Below are positions 9,693 through 17,074 of a DNA stretch of 56,464 nt, in pieces. The position numbers and the translations under genes were made by a program. The stretch lies in IMG/VR virus record IMGVR_UViG_3300046520_000318; one strand, given 5' to 3'. The stretch's first letter is position 1. Every line of letters starts with the position of its first letter. The DNA is from an uncultured virus (IMG/VR IMGVR_UViG_3300046520_000318) (lineage: Duplodnaviria > Heunggongvirae > Uroviricota > Caudoviricetes). The notes below the pieces were generated by a model. It was not told the DNA's origin. It searched no databases and saw nothing but the letters and a program-made list of their open reading frames with translations.

Positions 9693-10367
9693 TTAGGCGT
9701 GGGTGATCACAAGGTCACTGATGATGCAGATCGAGCCATCTTCGGCCGGAGTGGCGTCAGTGAAATCGATCTGGTTGTAGACACCGCCGTGGAAGTCGAA
9801 CACTTGTGAGTTCCAGGACGAATCGAGCTGCAGATCGCCCGATGTGCCTATATTGCCGTTGTAGTCGATCGTCACCCGCGCGATGCCGGACGACGTTACG
9901 CGGATAGTGACTTTGAATTTCGCGCCGAGCGGAACGCCCTTAAGCACCGTCGTGTTGACCGGGTCTGTCTGGTTGTAGCTCTGGCGGAAGCCCATCGTGA
10001 TGTTCCCTTTTTGCCAGAACACCTTGATGGCTGGACTGTCGTCTCCCTTCACATGCATCTGTGAGATGACGACCTTCTGAGCAGAGTTGACCTTTGTCAC
10101 GGTCATCTCTTGATAGTTGATGTGTTCGGAAGCACTGGCGAGCGACCAGTAGATCGACTCTTTCCATTCGCATCGGGTTCGGTGTGTGCTCTTGCTAGAA
10201 GCGCCCTTGGTAGGCGCGGACAGTTGCAGCGAGCCGTCCGGGAGGACCGTCACAACGCTGGGGAACTGCGCAATGGCTTGGGCTCCGTTGAGCTCAAGTG
10301 CAACCGGGTTGGTTGCGGATGTTGCTACCGGTGTTGCGATCGTAAGATTGCTGATGTTTACAGTCAT
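9693..10367 (-). CDS. Polysaccharide lyase family 7 (alginate-lyase-like) protein, no signal peptide
   Basis: Variants of the three PL7 motifs: TRCEWKE, VISQMHV, FHGGVYNQ; AGGAG RBS. Confidence 0.8.
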   Translation of the reverse strand: MTVNISNLTIATPVATSATNPVALELNGAQAIAQFPSVVTVLPDGSLQLSAPTKGASSKSTHRTRCEWKESIYWSLASASEHINYQEMTVTKVNSAQKVVISQMHVKGDDSPAIKVFWQKGNITMGFRQSYNQTDPVNTTVLKGVPLGAKFKVTIRVTSSGIARVTIDYNGNIGTSGDLQLDSSWNSQVFDFHGGVYNQIDFTDATPAEDGSICIISDLVITHA

Positions 10368-10477
10368 GGTTACTACTCCTGACGATAAAGATCATTGGCC
10401 TGGCACGATTGCCTTCCAACGGTGATGCGGTCTTCCGCATCCCACTGCGCACTCTGTGAATGCGCAGGAGTGATGGT

Positions 10478-10750
10478 TCATTCTTCGTCGTCGGCATCGA
10501 GCATCTTTTCGATGTCATCCGCCGCGGGCTTCTTCCAGTTCTTGATCTGGCCCGTTTCCAGATCTATATCCAGCATCACGTAGTCGCCGTAGTGATCGCC
10601 GGGAAAGAAGTCAGGCACGTAGCCTTCAAAGCTTCCAACTTCATCGCCCTGCGCATCGACCAAGCCTGCGGTGAATCGGTCGCTTACCTTGAGGTGCAAC
10701 TTGAGCAAGGTCACATCGACCTGGACTGTTTTCTTCTGGTTTATTTGCAT
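10478..10750 (-). CDS. Conserved phage hypothetical protein
   Basis: MQINQKKTVQVDV...GYVPDFFPGDHYGDY; GGAG RBS. Confidence 0.7.
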   Translation of the reverse strand: MQINQKKTVQVDVTLLKLHLKVSDRFTAGLVDAQGDEVGSFEGYVPDFFPGDHYGDYVMLDIDLETGQIKNWKKPAADDIEKMLDADDEE

Positions 10751-10810
10751 GCTGCTGACTCCGGTTGATTTCCCGTCTGGCCCTGTCGCCAAGGCCAGCC
10801 AGTGAAATTG

Positions 10811-10996
10811 TCATGCTGCGAACAGCTCTTTCTGTTGTGGCTCCGGCGTCACGAACGCGACCAGCTTCTCACTGGACCAGTCCGTCACATCGATCCAGTC
10901 GGCGTGCATCGCTTGCCAGATGTTCGGAGCAAGCCATCTGGCGTCTTGCCTATTCGGGCTGACGCAGAAGCGATAGCCCTGATCTTTCAGGCTCAT
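10811..10996 (-). CDS. Small early hypothetical protein
   Basis: 61 aa; GGAGG RBS; first clear gene of pL operon. Confidence 0.6.
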   Translation of the reverse strand: MSLKDQGYRFCVSPNRQDARWLAPNIWQAMHADWIDVTDWSSEKLVAFVTPEPQQKELFAA

Positions 10997-11300
10997 GCCT
11001 TATTCCTCCAGTGGATTCCCAAAGCACCCGGTCACCCAGGTGCTTCAGTGAATCGTTCTGTGTTTCCGGGTTCCGTTACCTGCCACGGTTTCCTTGGCTG
11101 CCTTTCGGCTATCTCGTTGCGCGTCTGCCGGGTATCCCCACCACTGCCCGTTGCCGCTACTGGCGTCACATCGGGTGGCTGCACAACTTTGCGTCCTCCA
11201 GTGGTGGAGTCCGGCAGGGTCCAGAGCCTGCATGGACGACGGTTTAGCTTTTCCTCACCCAGGTGATGGCCAGGGTACGTCGTTGAGTGCGTCAGGTTTT

Positions 11301-11310
11301 TTAAAGAGCG
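11301..11310 (-). promoter_or_regulatory. boxA antitermination element downstream of pL
   Basis: CGCTCTTTAA on minus strand about 25 nt after predicted pL start. Confidence 0.7.
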
Positions 11311-11341
11311 GTTCGGAGCGGTGTGTCGCTGCGATGGATTT

Positions 11342-11383
11342 AAATTAGCACTGCTGATATTCATTGTAAACAGCACTGCTAAT
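11342..11383 (-). promoter_or_regulatory. pL promoter with two repressor operators (OL)
   Basis: TTTACA-17-TAATTT on minus strand; operators TAGCACTGCTG (11346-11356) and CAGCACTGCTA (11371-11381) match the OR sites. Confidence 0.8.
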
Positions 11384-11398
11384 ATATTTTCGTGTGTC

Positions 11399-11428
11399 CA
11401 CAAAAAAGCCCGCAGCAAAGGCGGGCTT
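11399..11428 (-). terminator. Intrinsic terminator
   Basis: AAGCCCGC...GCGGGCTT stem with T-tract on minus strand. Confidence 0.75.
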
Positions 11429-11444
11429 CTTGATCGGGTAGCGG

Positions 11445-11696
11445 TCAATCTTCTTTTGGCACCGTCCAAAACAGCTGGATCAGGCCGTCGTCGCGATGGG
11501 CAATGGTGACGTTGTCGTTTTCGGCGATCTCGTCAAGGATGCGATCCCAGTCAGCCGGATCGTCATTCGCGGATCGCTCCAGAAGAACGGACTTTGAGGT
11601 CTGCGCCCTGGGCGTGTTGATCGCCCGCTGTACGCGCATGCCGAGTAATTCGTAGGAAGTGGGTTCTGCGGGTGTCTGGGGTTTCTGCTTGGCCAT
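11445..11696 (-). CDS. DUF1654 family protein
   Basis: TSYELLGMRVQRAIN...DWDRILDEIAENDNV...GLIQLFW; AAGGAGG RBS. Confidence 0.7.
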   Translation of the reverse strand: MAKQKPQTPAEPTSYELLGMRVQRAINTPRAQTSKSVLLERSANDDPADWDRILDEIAENDNVTIAHRDDGLIQLFWTVPKED

Positions 11697-11714
11697 GTGG
11701 TCCTCCTTGGTTAG

Positions 11715-11730
11715 CTGTATGGATATACAG
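11715..11730. promoter_or_regulatory. LexA (SOS) box
   Basis: CTGTATGGATATACAG fits CTGT-N8-ACAG, just upstream of the DUF1654 RBS. Confidence 0.8.
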
Positions 11731-11763
11731 TAGAAAGGATCCAAACGGATGGCAATAGCCGGA

Positions 11764-11791
11764 CACAAAAAAGCCCGCACGTGGCGGGCTT
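11764..11791 (-). terminator. Intrinsic terminator
   Basis: AAGCCCGC-ACGTG-GCGGGCTT with T-tract on minus strand. Confidence 0.75.
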
Positions 11792-11807
11792 ATCAGGTTT
11801 CTAGTTT

Positions 11808-12380
11808 TCAGCGCTTAGGCTGAAAATACAAATAGGTCTCTAGGCGGTGCTGAGAGGCGAGATCTCGTTTAGCTACCTTGGCGTGCTCTTTGTCCTGGAA
11901 GAATCCGCAGATGGCCACCAATCCGTCAGGCGCTGTTGGAGTGAAGCCAAGCTCTTTAAACGCCAGGTTTGCCTGCTCTACAGATTCGGGCGAATCGCAA
12001 TCCTTCCGAACTGTCCATCCATATCCTTCAGAGCGCATCTGAACAGCTTCGCCTTTAGGGACCTCAGAGCCGCAATGGCGGCACTTGATCGCAGCGGCCT
12101 TGATGGGTTCTGCGCAGAAAGGGCAGGGTCTTTCGTCGTAGCTCGCAGGCGCTGCTTCAGCAACACTCTTCTTTCCTCCGAGCAGCAACATCAACAATCC
12201 GCCAAGAGCGATTATCCCGCCAATGATCGTGAAATTCTGCCGCTCTGACATGAGTCCGAGATTGTTCACTCTGCCCATACCGGATGAAACCGATACGTCC
12301 ATGCTCATCGCTCCGATGACGACGAATAATCCCACGATCAATACGCAAATCCCAAGTCCACGCACTGCACAGCCCTCCAT
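11808..12380 (-). CDS. Membrane protein with zinc-ribbon domain
   Basis: Two TM segments, then CPFCAEPIKAAAIKCRHCG. Confidence 0.7.
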   Translation of the reverse strand: MEGCAVRGLGICVLIVGLFVVIGAMSMDVSVSSGMGRVNNLGLMSERQNFTIIGGIIALGGLLMLLLGGKKSVAEAAPASYDERPCPFCAEPIKAAAIKCRHCGSEVPKGEAVQMRSEGYGWTVRKDCDSPESVEQANLAFKELGFTPTAPDGLVAICGFFQDKEHAKVAKRDLASQHRLETYLYFQPKR

Positions 12381-12422
12381 AGTTGAGCGCGAATTCTACC
12401 ATGTGGGCAGGTGGCGGACGGG

Positions 12423-12450
12423 CACAAAAAAGCCCGCGCAAGGCAGGCCT
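12423..12450 (-). terminator. Intrinsic terminator after DUF3800 gene
   Basis: Same CACAAAAAAGCCCGC arm as the other cassette terminators; imperfect stem. Confidence 0.55.
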
Positions 12451-12451
12451 G

Positions 12452-13114
12452 TCAGCGGTTGTAAATCAAAAAAGGCCTGAAGTGTCTTGCCAGCGTTCTC
12501 AGAGGTTCAGAGCTGCGATCTTCGTAATGACTCTGAGCGACGCCTGACAGCATGTCGGCGAACTGGACGCAGAGATTTTTCGCACTGTCGCAAGGAAGAG
12601 TTTTTAGCTCGGTAGCAACATCTCTCTCCATCCACAGCTGAGTTTGGAGGTAGTCGTGAAGACTGTTGCCGCTCCTTACCTTAACGCTACGATCATCCGG
12701 CGCGAATATCACCTCATCGACCCTGGACATGTGGTCGAGTAGAAGCATCCCGATCATGTAGTTATAAAGCTTGTTCGGATCCCGCCTGATATGGGGCATC
12801 ACGTTTTCTTTCTTTGCGGTAATCGAGACGTATTGAATGCTGCCGGCGTTGCCAGCGCAGAGTTTCGCGGCGAGTCGGGCAAATTCGATGCGCTCCTCTG
12901 GCTCCATGCGAGCCCATTTTTTCTCTTTATCGGTAGGCCATTTGAATCGATCGTATAGCTTGCGCATGACACGACCAGGCAATCGTACTGATTGCTCAGA
13001 GGCCAGGAGGGCAGATATCGTGAGGTATCGACTGGAGCCGCCATCCCGATAGGGCTGGTCGAATTTCCAACCAAGATCTCCGCTTTCGTCCAAGAAAATG
13101 AAAAGTTTCGTCAT
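12452..13114 (-). CDS. DUF3800 family protein (RNase H-like fold)
   Basis: N-terminal FIFLDESGDLG and C-terminal CDS...VQFADMLSG signatures; alternative GTG start at 13144. Confidence 0.8.
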   Translation of the reverse strand: MTKLFIFLDESGDLGWKFDQPYRDGGSSRYLTISALLASEQSVRLPGRVMRKLYDRFKWPTDKEKKWARMEPEERIEFARLAAKLCAGNAGSIQYVSITAKKENVMPHIRRDPNKLYNYMIGMLLLDHMSRVDEVIFAPDDRSVKVRSGNSLHDYLQTQLWMERDVATELKTLPCDSAKNLCVQFADMLSGVAQSHYEDRSSEPLRTLARHFRPFLIYNR

Positions 13115-13137
13115 AGAAAGCGGATTAGAAATGAGGG

Positions 13138-13224
13138 GGTGCACCCCCTGAGGCCGACGCTCTTACAGAGCGCTTACGATACAAATCATGCTTCGCGGTT
13201 ATCTCAGGCTTTACGTGCACCTAG
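13138..13224 (-). ncRNA. Structured RNA directly upstream of DUF3800 gene
   Basis: Nested stems GGUGCAC/GUGCACC, CCUGAG/CUCAGG, CCG/CGG and hairpins AUGAU/AUCGU, CGCUCU/AGAGCG; starts at predicted TSS. Confidence 0.7.
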
Positions 13225-13229
13225 GGTTA

Positions 13230-13258
13230 ATAATAGGAAATCTGGATAACTATGTCAA
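13230..13258 (-). promoter_or_regulatory. Near-consensus sigma70 promoter for RNA + DUF3800
   Basis: TTGACA (13258-13253) -17 bp- TATTAT (13235-13230). Confidence 0.8.
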
Positions 13259-13325
13259 TTAACGCTTGAATGCGCTCGCAATTATGTGTTTGGCTTTTTT
13301 GCTGTCAATCGACAACCTTTTGGGT

Positions 13326-14135
13326 CTACAGATCGCCGCCACGCCAGATCACGCGCCCAATTATGCGGTGCTCGTTCACGTCGCTCCGCGATAGCAGCAA
13401 ATCTCCGTACTCAGTCTTGTCCTCGTTGTCGCTCCGGATGATCCAGCCACCTAAAGGCGACTGCACCAGGCGCTTCACGATCGCACCCTTGTCGGTGCTG
13501 GACAGAACGAAGACATGGCCGTCGGCTGGGTCGATTTTCGACTTGTCCACCAGGAGCACATCGTGGTCGTTGATCGTCGGCCACATGCTTTCGCCCTCGG
13601 CGTAGATCACCAACAGGTTTTCAGCCTTGGCTCCCTTGGTGCGCAGCCAGTCCCGCTTAAACGCCAAGGTCGTGTTGGATTCGACGTGCGGGTTCTCTGA
13701 GCCAAGCCCGGCAGCAGCTCTCGCAGTGAGCTGAGGGACGTGAGCGTATTTGTCCTCGGCAGCTTCGGCGTCACCACCGACCGGGAAGGGCGTATTTGCA
13801 GCGTTCGCGGATCCGTTAGGAGTTGAGGAAATCGCTGCAACGCGCTTGAGTCCGCCAGCCAGAGTCGGGCTGATCTTCCACGGCTCTTTAATCCCCAGCA
13901 CATCTGCGAGCTTGAGCAGTGCATCGAGGTTGAGGGCAACCTTTCCATTGAGGTATTGGCTAACCGTGCTCTGCGGAGAATTCCAACCGCATTTCTCGCC
14001 AACTTCACTTTGGTTGAGCGCCGGCTTTTCGCCTTTGGCTTTCGATTCAGCGACCTTTTCCAAATACGCCTTCTTCAGGCGCTCGGCGTCGGCCAACTGC
14101 TCAGGATTCAGTGGGGTTCGGATAGGTTTTCTCAT
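13326..14135 (-). CDS. cI: CI-like phage repressor (HTH + S24 autopeptidase)
   Basis: LNQSEVGEKCGWNSPQSTVSQYLNG HTH; AAG cleavage site; GESM serine and VKRL lysine; divergent from cro. Confidence 0.92.
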   Translation of the reverse strand: MRKPIRTPLNPEQLADAERLKKAYLEKVAESKAKGEKPALNQSEVGEKCGWNSPQSTVSQYLNGKVALNLDALLKLADVLGIKEPWKISPTLAGGLKRVAAISSTPNGSANAANTPFPVGGDAEAAEDKYAHVPQLTARAAAGLGSENPHVESNTTLAFKRDWLRTKGAKAENLLVIYAEGESMWPTINDHDVLLVDKSKIDPADGHVFVLSSTDKGAIVKRLVQSPLGGWIIRSDNEDKTEYGDLLLSRSDVNEHRIIGRVIWRGGDL

Positions 14136-14142
14136 GCGCGTG

Positions 14143-14222
14143 ATTAAGTAGCACAGCTGTTATTTACGCAAACAGCACTGCTAATCAAATCCTTGTTTAT
14201 TGTAAAACAGCAGTGCTAATAT
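14143..14222. promoter_or_regulatory. OR region: three operators with divergent pRM/pR
   Basis: TAGCACAGCTG (14149-14159), CAGCACTGCTA (14173-14183), CAGCAGTGCTA (14208-14218); pR extended -10 TGcTAATAT; pRM TTGCGT-17-CTTAAT. Confidence 0.75.
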
Positions 14223-14248
14223 CTCCGAAAATCCACCGGAGACCTCAG

Positions 14249-14449
14249 ATGATGAATACCGTATCCCTTGAGGAATACCTGTCCTCGCACGGAACCCAGA
14301 GCGATCTCGCCAAGGCTCTGGGTATCCAGCAAAGCGCCGTATCTCAAATGCATCGTTCAAATCGGACCATCTCCATCACCTTGATGGACGACGGATCGAT
14401 CCAGGCAAATGAGATTCGCCCAATTCCAGCACGCAAGACCGCTGCCTAA
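14249..14449 (+). CDS. cro: Cro-like regulator
   Basis: HGTQSDLAKALGIQQSAVSQM HTH; GGAGA RBS; divergent from cI. Confidence 0.88.
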   Translation: MMNTVSLEEYLSSHGTQSDLAKALGIQQSAVSQMHRSNRTISITLMDDGSIQANEIRPIPARKTAA

Positions 14450-14652
14450 CCGCGCTTCGAACTGAGCGAGATCGTCGCCTGCTCGAAGCCGCGCAGAGCT
14501 TCATCGCTCAACTGATCACGCAACTGACTTGCCTTCTGCTCGAACGCAGGCCAGAGCCTCATCTGGGAAGACAGGGGCAGGGTGGATGCCAAGGCACCCA
14601 CAAAGCAGCAGAGGGCGGTTATCTCGCCTTGCAGTTCGGAAGAGTCGGTCAT
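14446..14652 (-). CDS. Small hypothetical protein antisense between cro and cII
   Basis: MTDSSELQGEITALCCFVGAL...; AAGGA RBS. Confidence 0.45.
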   Translation of the reverse strand: MTDSSELQGEITALCCFVGALASTLPLSSQMRLWPAFEQKASQLRDQLSDEALRGFEQATISLSSKRG

Positions 14653-14733
14653 GGATACGTCCTTGATCAGTTGGTAAGCAAATGATCGCGTCGCTGGTGG
14701 CGTAACGCCACGTAACAATTTTCGAGGTGTGAC

Positions 14734-15159
14734 ATGCAGGAATTGATGAAGGCCATCTACGACGTAGTGGACACCCACGGCGCAAGCAAGATCGCCGAGG
14801 GCGCGAGCTTCCCATCGCGCACCTTGCTGTCGCAGAAAGCCAATCCGGACTACGACAGCCACAAGATGAATGTGCAGGAACTGCACCGGATCATGAAGTA
14901 CACCGAGGATTTCCGCCCGCTAAAAGCTTGGGCTGAGCACTTCGGGTTTGACCTCGTTCCGAAAGAGAAGCCTGCCCCTACCGACCTCAACTCTGCGCTG
15001 ATGCGCCTGCACGTCGATCTGGCGGACGTAACTCGCCTGGCATACGACGCCCAGGCAGATGGCCGCGTGTGTTCGCGTGAGAAGTCTGAGCTGATCAAGG
15101 AAGCCGACGAAGTGATCGTCAGCCTGGAAGTGTTCAAGCAGTCCGTGAAGGTCGCGTGA
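14734..15159 (+). CDS. Phage regulatory CII-family protein
   Basis: LLSQKANPDYDSHKMNVQELH...ADGRVCSREK pattern; position after cro. Confidence 0.75.
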   Translation: MQELMKAIYDVVDTHGASKIAEGASFPSRTLLSQKANPDYDSHKMNVQELHRIMKYTEDFRPLKAWAEHFGFDLVPKEKPAPTDLNSALMRLHVDLADVTRLAYDAQADGRVCSREKSELIKEADEVIVSLEVFKQSVKVA

Positions 15160-15303
15160 AAACCTGCGCATGCGCGGAATTTTTATCCTCTCGGAGGGCA
15201 TCTCCGAATCAGTGCCCTTGGGATTCCCATTATGAGATGGGACCCCGGACACAAAAAAGCCGGGATTGCGGCCCGGCTTAATGCTGTAACGAGTGAGGTA
15301 AGT

Positions 15304-16104
15304 ATGCACAGCCACCAAATTTCGAGCAACACCCCTCAAACCGCGCCACGTTTTCACAACCAACAAAACGTGGCGCGCACGATGTCTTCGCGTGAAATTG
15401 CGAACCTGACCGGTAAACGGCATCCAGACGTCAAGCGTGACATCCAAACCATGGCCTCCGAACTGAAAGTTAATGTGAGCAGTTTTGCTCACATCTACCT
15501 CGACGGCCGGAACCGCGAGCAAACCGAATATCTGCTTGATCGTGAGCACACAGACTGCTTGCTCACCGGTTACAGCGCTGGCCTGCGCATGAAGGTCATC
15601 CGCCGTTGGCGCGAACTCGAGCAGCGGTCGGCGTCACGCGAAGCCGTCACGGCAAACGGTACGAAGGTCATCGGCGAAATCGCCATCATGGAATGCTTCA
15701 CGCGCCTACTGAAGCCTGCGCCGTCCAGCCAGATGCTCATGCTGACGAAGATCGCCGAGAACAACGGCCTCGATCCGAAGTTTCTCCCAGGCTATGCCGT
15801 GGACGCTGCACCGGATGCTGCTGGCGGCTCTTCCATGCCCACTAAGTCTGCGACCGCACTGCTGAAAGACTTCGGTTTGGGCGGCTCAGTCGTGTCCTTC
15901 AACAAAAAGCTCGAAGCCGCCGGCTACCTCAAAGTGTTGACCCGCAAGAACTCGAAGCAGGAGGTCGTTCCGTTCTGGTCGATTACTGATAAGGGCCTCG
16001 CCTACGGCAAGAACCTGACCAGCCCTCAATCCCCTCGCGAAACGCAGCCTCACTGGTACGTCGATCGCTTCCTCGAATTGGCCAAATTGGTCGGGAAGGC
16101 CTGA
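15304..16104 (+). CDS. Rha-domain / antirepressor (KilAC-like C-terminus) protein
   Basis: TMSSREIANLTGKRHPDVKRDI (Rha); SATALLK...GLAYGKNLTSPQSPRETQPHWY. Confidence 0.8.
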   Translation: MHSHQISSNTPQTAPRFHNQQNVARTMSSREIANLTGKRHPDVKRDIQTMASELKVNVSSFAHIYLDGRNREQTEYLLDREHTDCLLTGYSAGLRMKVIRRWRELEQRSASREAVTANGTKVIGEIAIMECFTRLLKPAPSSQMLMLTKIAENNGLDPKFLPGYAVDAAPDAAGGSSMPTKSATALLKDFGLGGSVVSFNKKLEAAGYLKVLTRKNSKQEVVPFWSITDKGLAYGKNLTSPQSPRETQPHWYVDRFLELAKLVGKA

Positions 16105-16105
16105 C

Positions 16106-17074
16106 ATGCAATTCACCGTAACCATCAATCAGGTGAAGGCGCTGGAGTGGGGGCTTAACTCGCAGCAAGCCCTGCTGTTCGCTTTCGTCTACGGCTGCCC
16201 GAGCTGGACCAAGCCGGTAACCACTGAAGACGGCGTTTTCTTTGCGCTGAGCAAGGCGAAGATCGTCGAAGAGCTGCCTTTGCTTACCGATAAACCCGAC
16301 ACTGCGTACCGCATGTTGAAGGCATTGGATGAGGCGGGACTGATCCAGCTTTCGAGCACTTCGAACATCACCCTTTTTCGCCTGACCGCGAAAGCTGCTG
16401 AGTGGAACCAGAAACTCGATGGGTCGGAAAAATATCCGACCCCACCTGAAAACAAGGGTCGGAAAAATATCCGATCTACCTCGGATAAATCTCCGAGCAA
16501 GGTCGGAAAAAAATCCGAGCAAGGGTCGGAAAAATCTCCGACAAATCAGGATACCAATCATCAGGATACCAATCAGGGTACAAGTCAGGACTTGCCGGAG
16601 GGTGCGGCGCTGCCGACCCAGTCCGGGAGTTTGGTACTTGTGGTTGATCGCCCAGACGCTCCTCGTGTCGAGATCCCTGCCGACATGCCAGGTCCCAAAG
16701 ATCGCGACTGCAAAACGTTCAAGGCCTGGGCGAACTACGCCATGGCCTACCGCAAGCGCTACCAGTGCTGGCCGGTATGGAACGCTACCGCTGGTGGAAT
16801 TCTCGGCAAGCTGGTTGACCGCCTCGGCATCGACGTTGCCCACAGCGTTGCGGCGTACTACCTGACCATCAACGACGCCCGCATCGTCAACGACTGCCAC
16901 AGCCTCACCAACCTGATCGCCAAGGCTGAGGCCTACCACACACAGTGGGCGACCGGCCGCCAGATGAATGGCCGCACCGCCCGCCAGATTGAAGACACCC
17001 AAGCGAACATCAATGCCGCGCAGCAGGCCGCCCAGAACATCCGCGAAGGGGGACCTCGCAATGCTTTCCTCTGA
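16106..17074 (+). CDS. Phage replication initiator (O-like)
   Basis: N-terminal winged-helix-like region, internal iterons, position after cII/Rha. Confidence 0.8.
   Translation: MQFTVTINQVKALEWGLNSQQALLFAFVYGCPSWTKPVTTEDGVFFALSKAKIVEELPLLTDKPDTAYRMLKALDEAGLIQLSSTSNITLFRLTAKAAEWNQKLDGSEKYPTPPENKGRKNIRSTSDKSPSKVGKKSEQGSEKSPTNQDTNHQDTNQGTSQDLPEGAALPTQSGSLVLVVDRPDAPRVEIPADMPGPKDRDCKTFKAWANYAMAYRKRYQCWPVWNATAGGILGKLVDRLGIDVAHSVAAYYLTINDARIVNDCHSLTNLIAKAEAYHTQWATGRQMNGRTARQIEDTQANINAAQQAAQNIREGGPRNAFL
16424..16581. repeat. Replication origin iterons within initiator gene
   Basis: Five 16-bp TCGGA-N6-TCCGA palindromes at 16424, 16459, 16481, 16503, 16526, followed by ATCAGG(A/G)TAC repeats. Confidence 0.85.

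Noticed and set aside
11045..11233. 62-aa ORF in pL leader as N protein
   Set aside because: No SD at a usable spacing and no Arg-rich motif
13138..13224. Retron msr/msd
   Set aside because: Terminal inverted repeats are present, but no reverse transcriptase motif was seen in the window
16424..16581. CRISPR-like array
   Set aside because: Repeats are 16 bp with mostly 6-7 bp gaps inside a replication gene and there are no cas genes; they fit iterons
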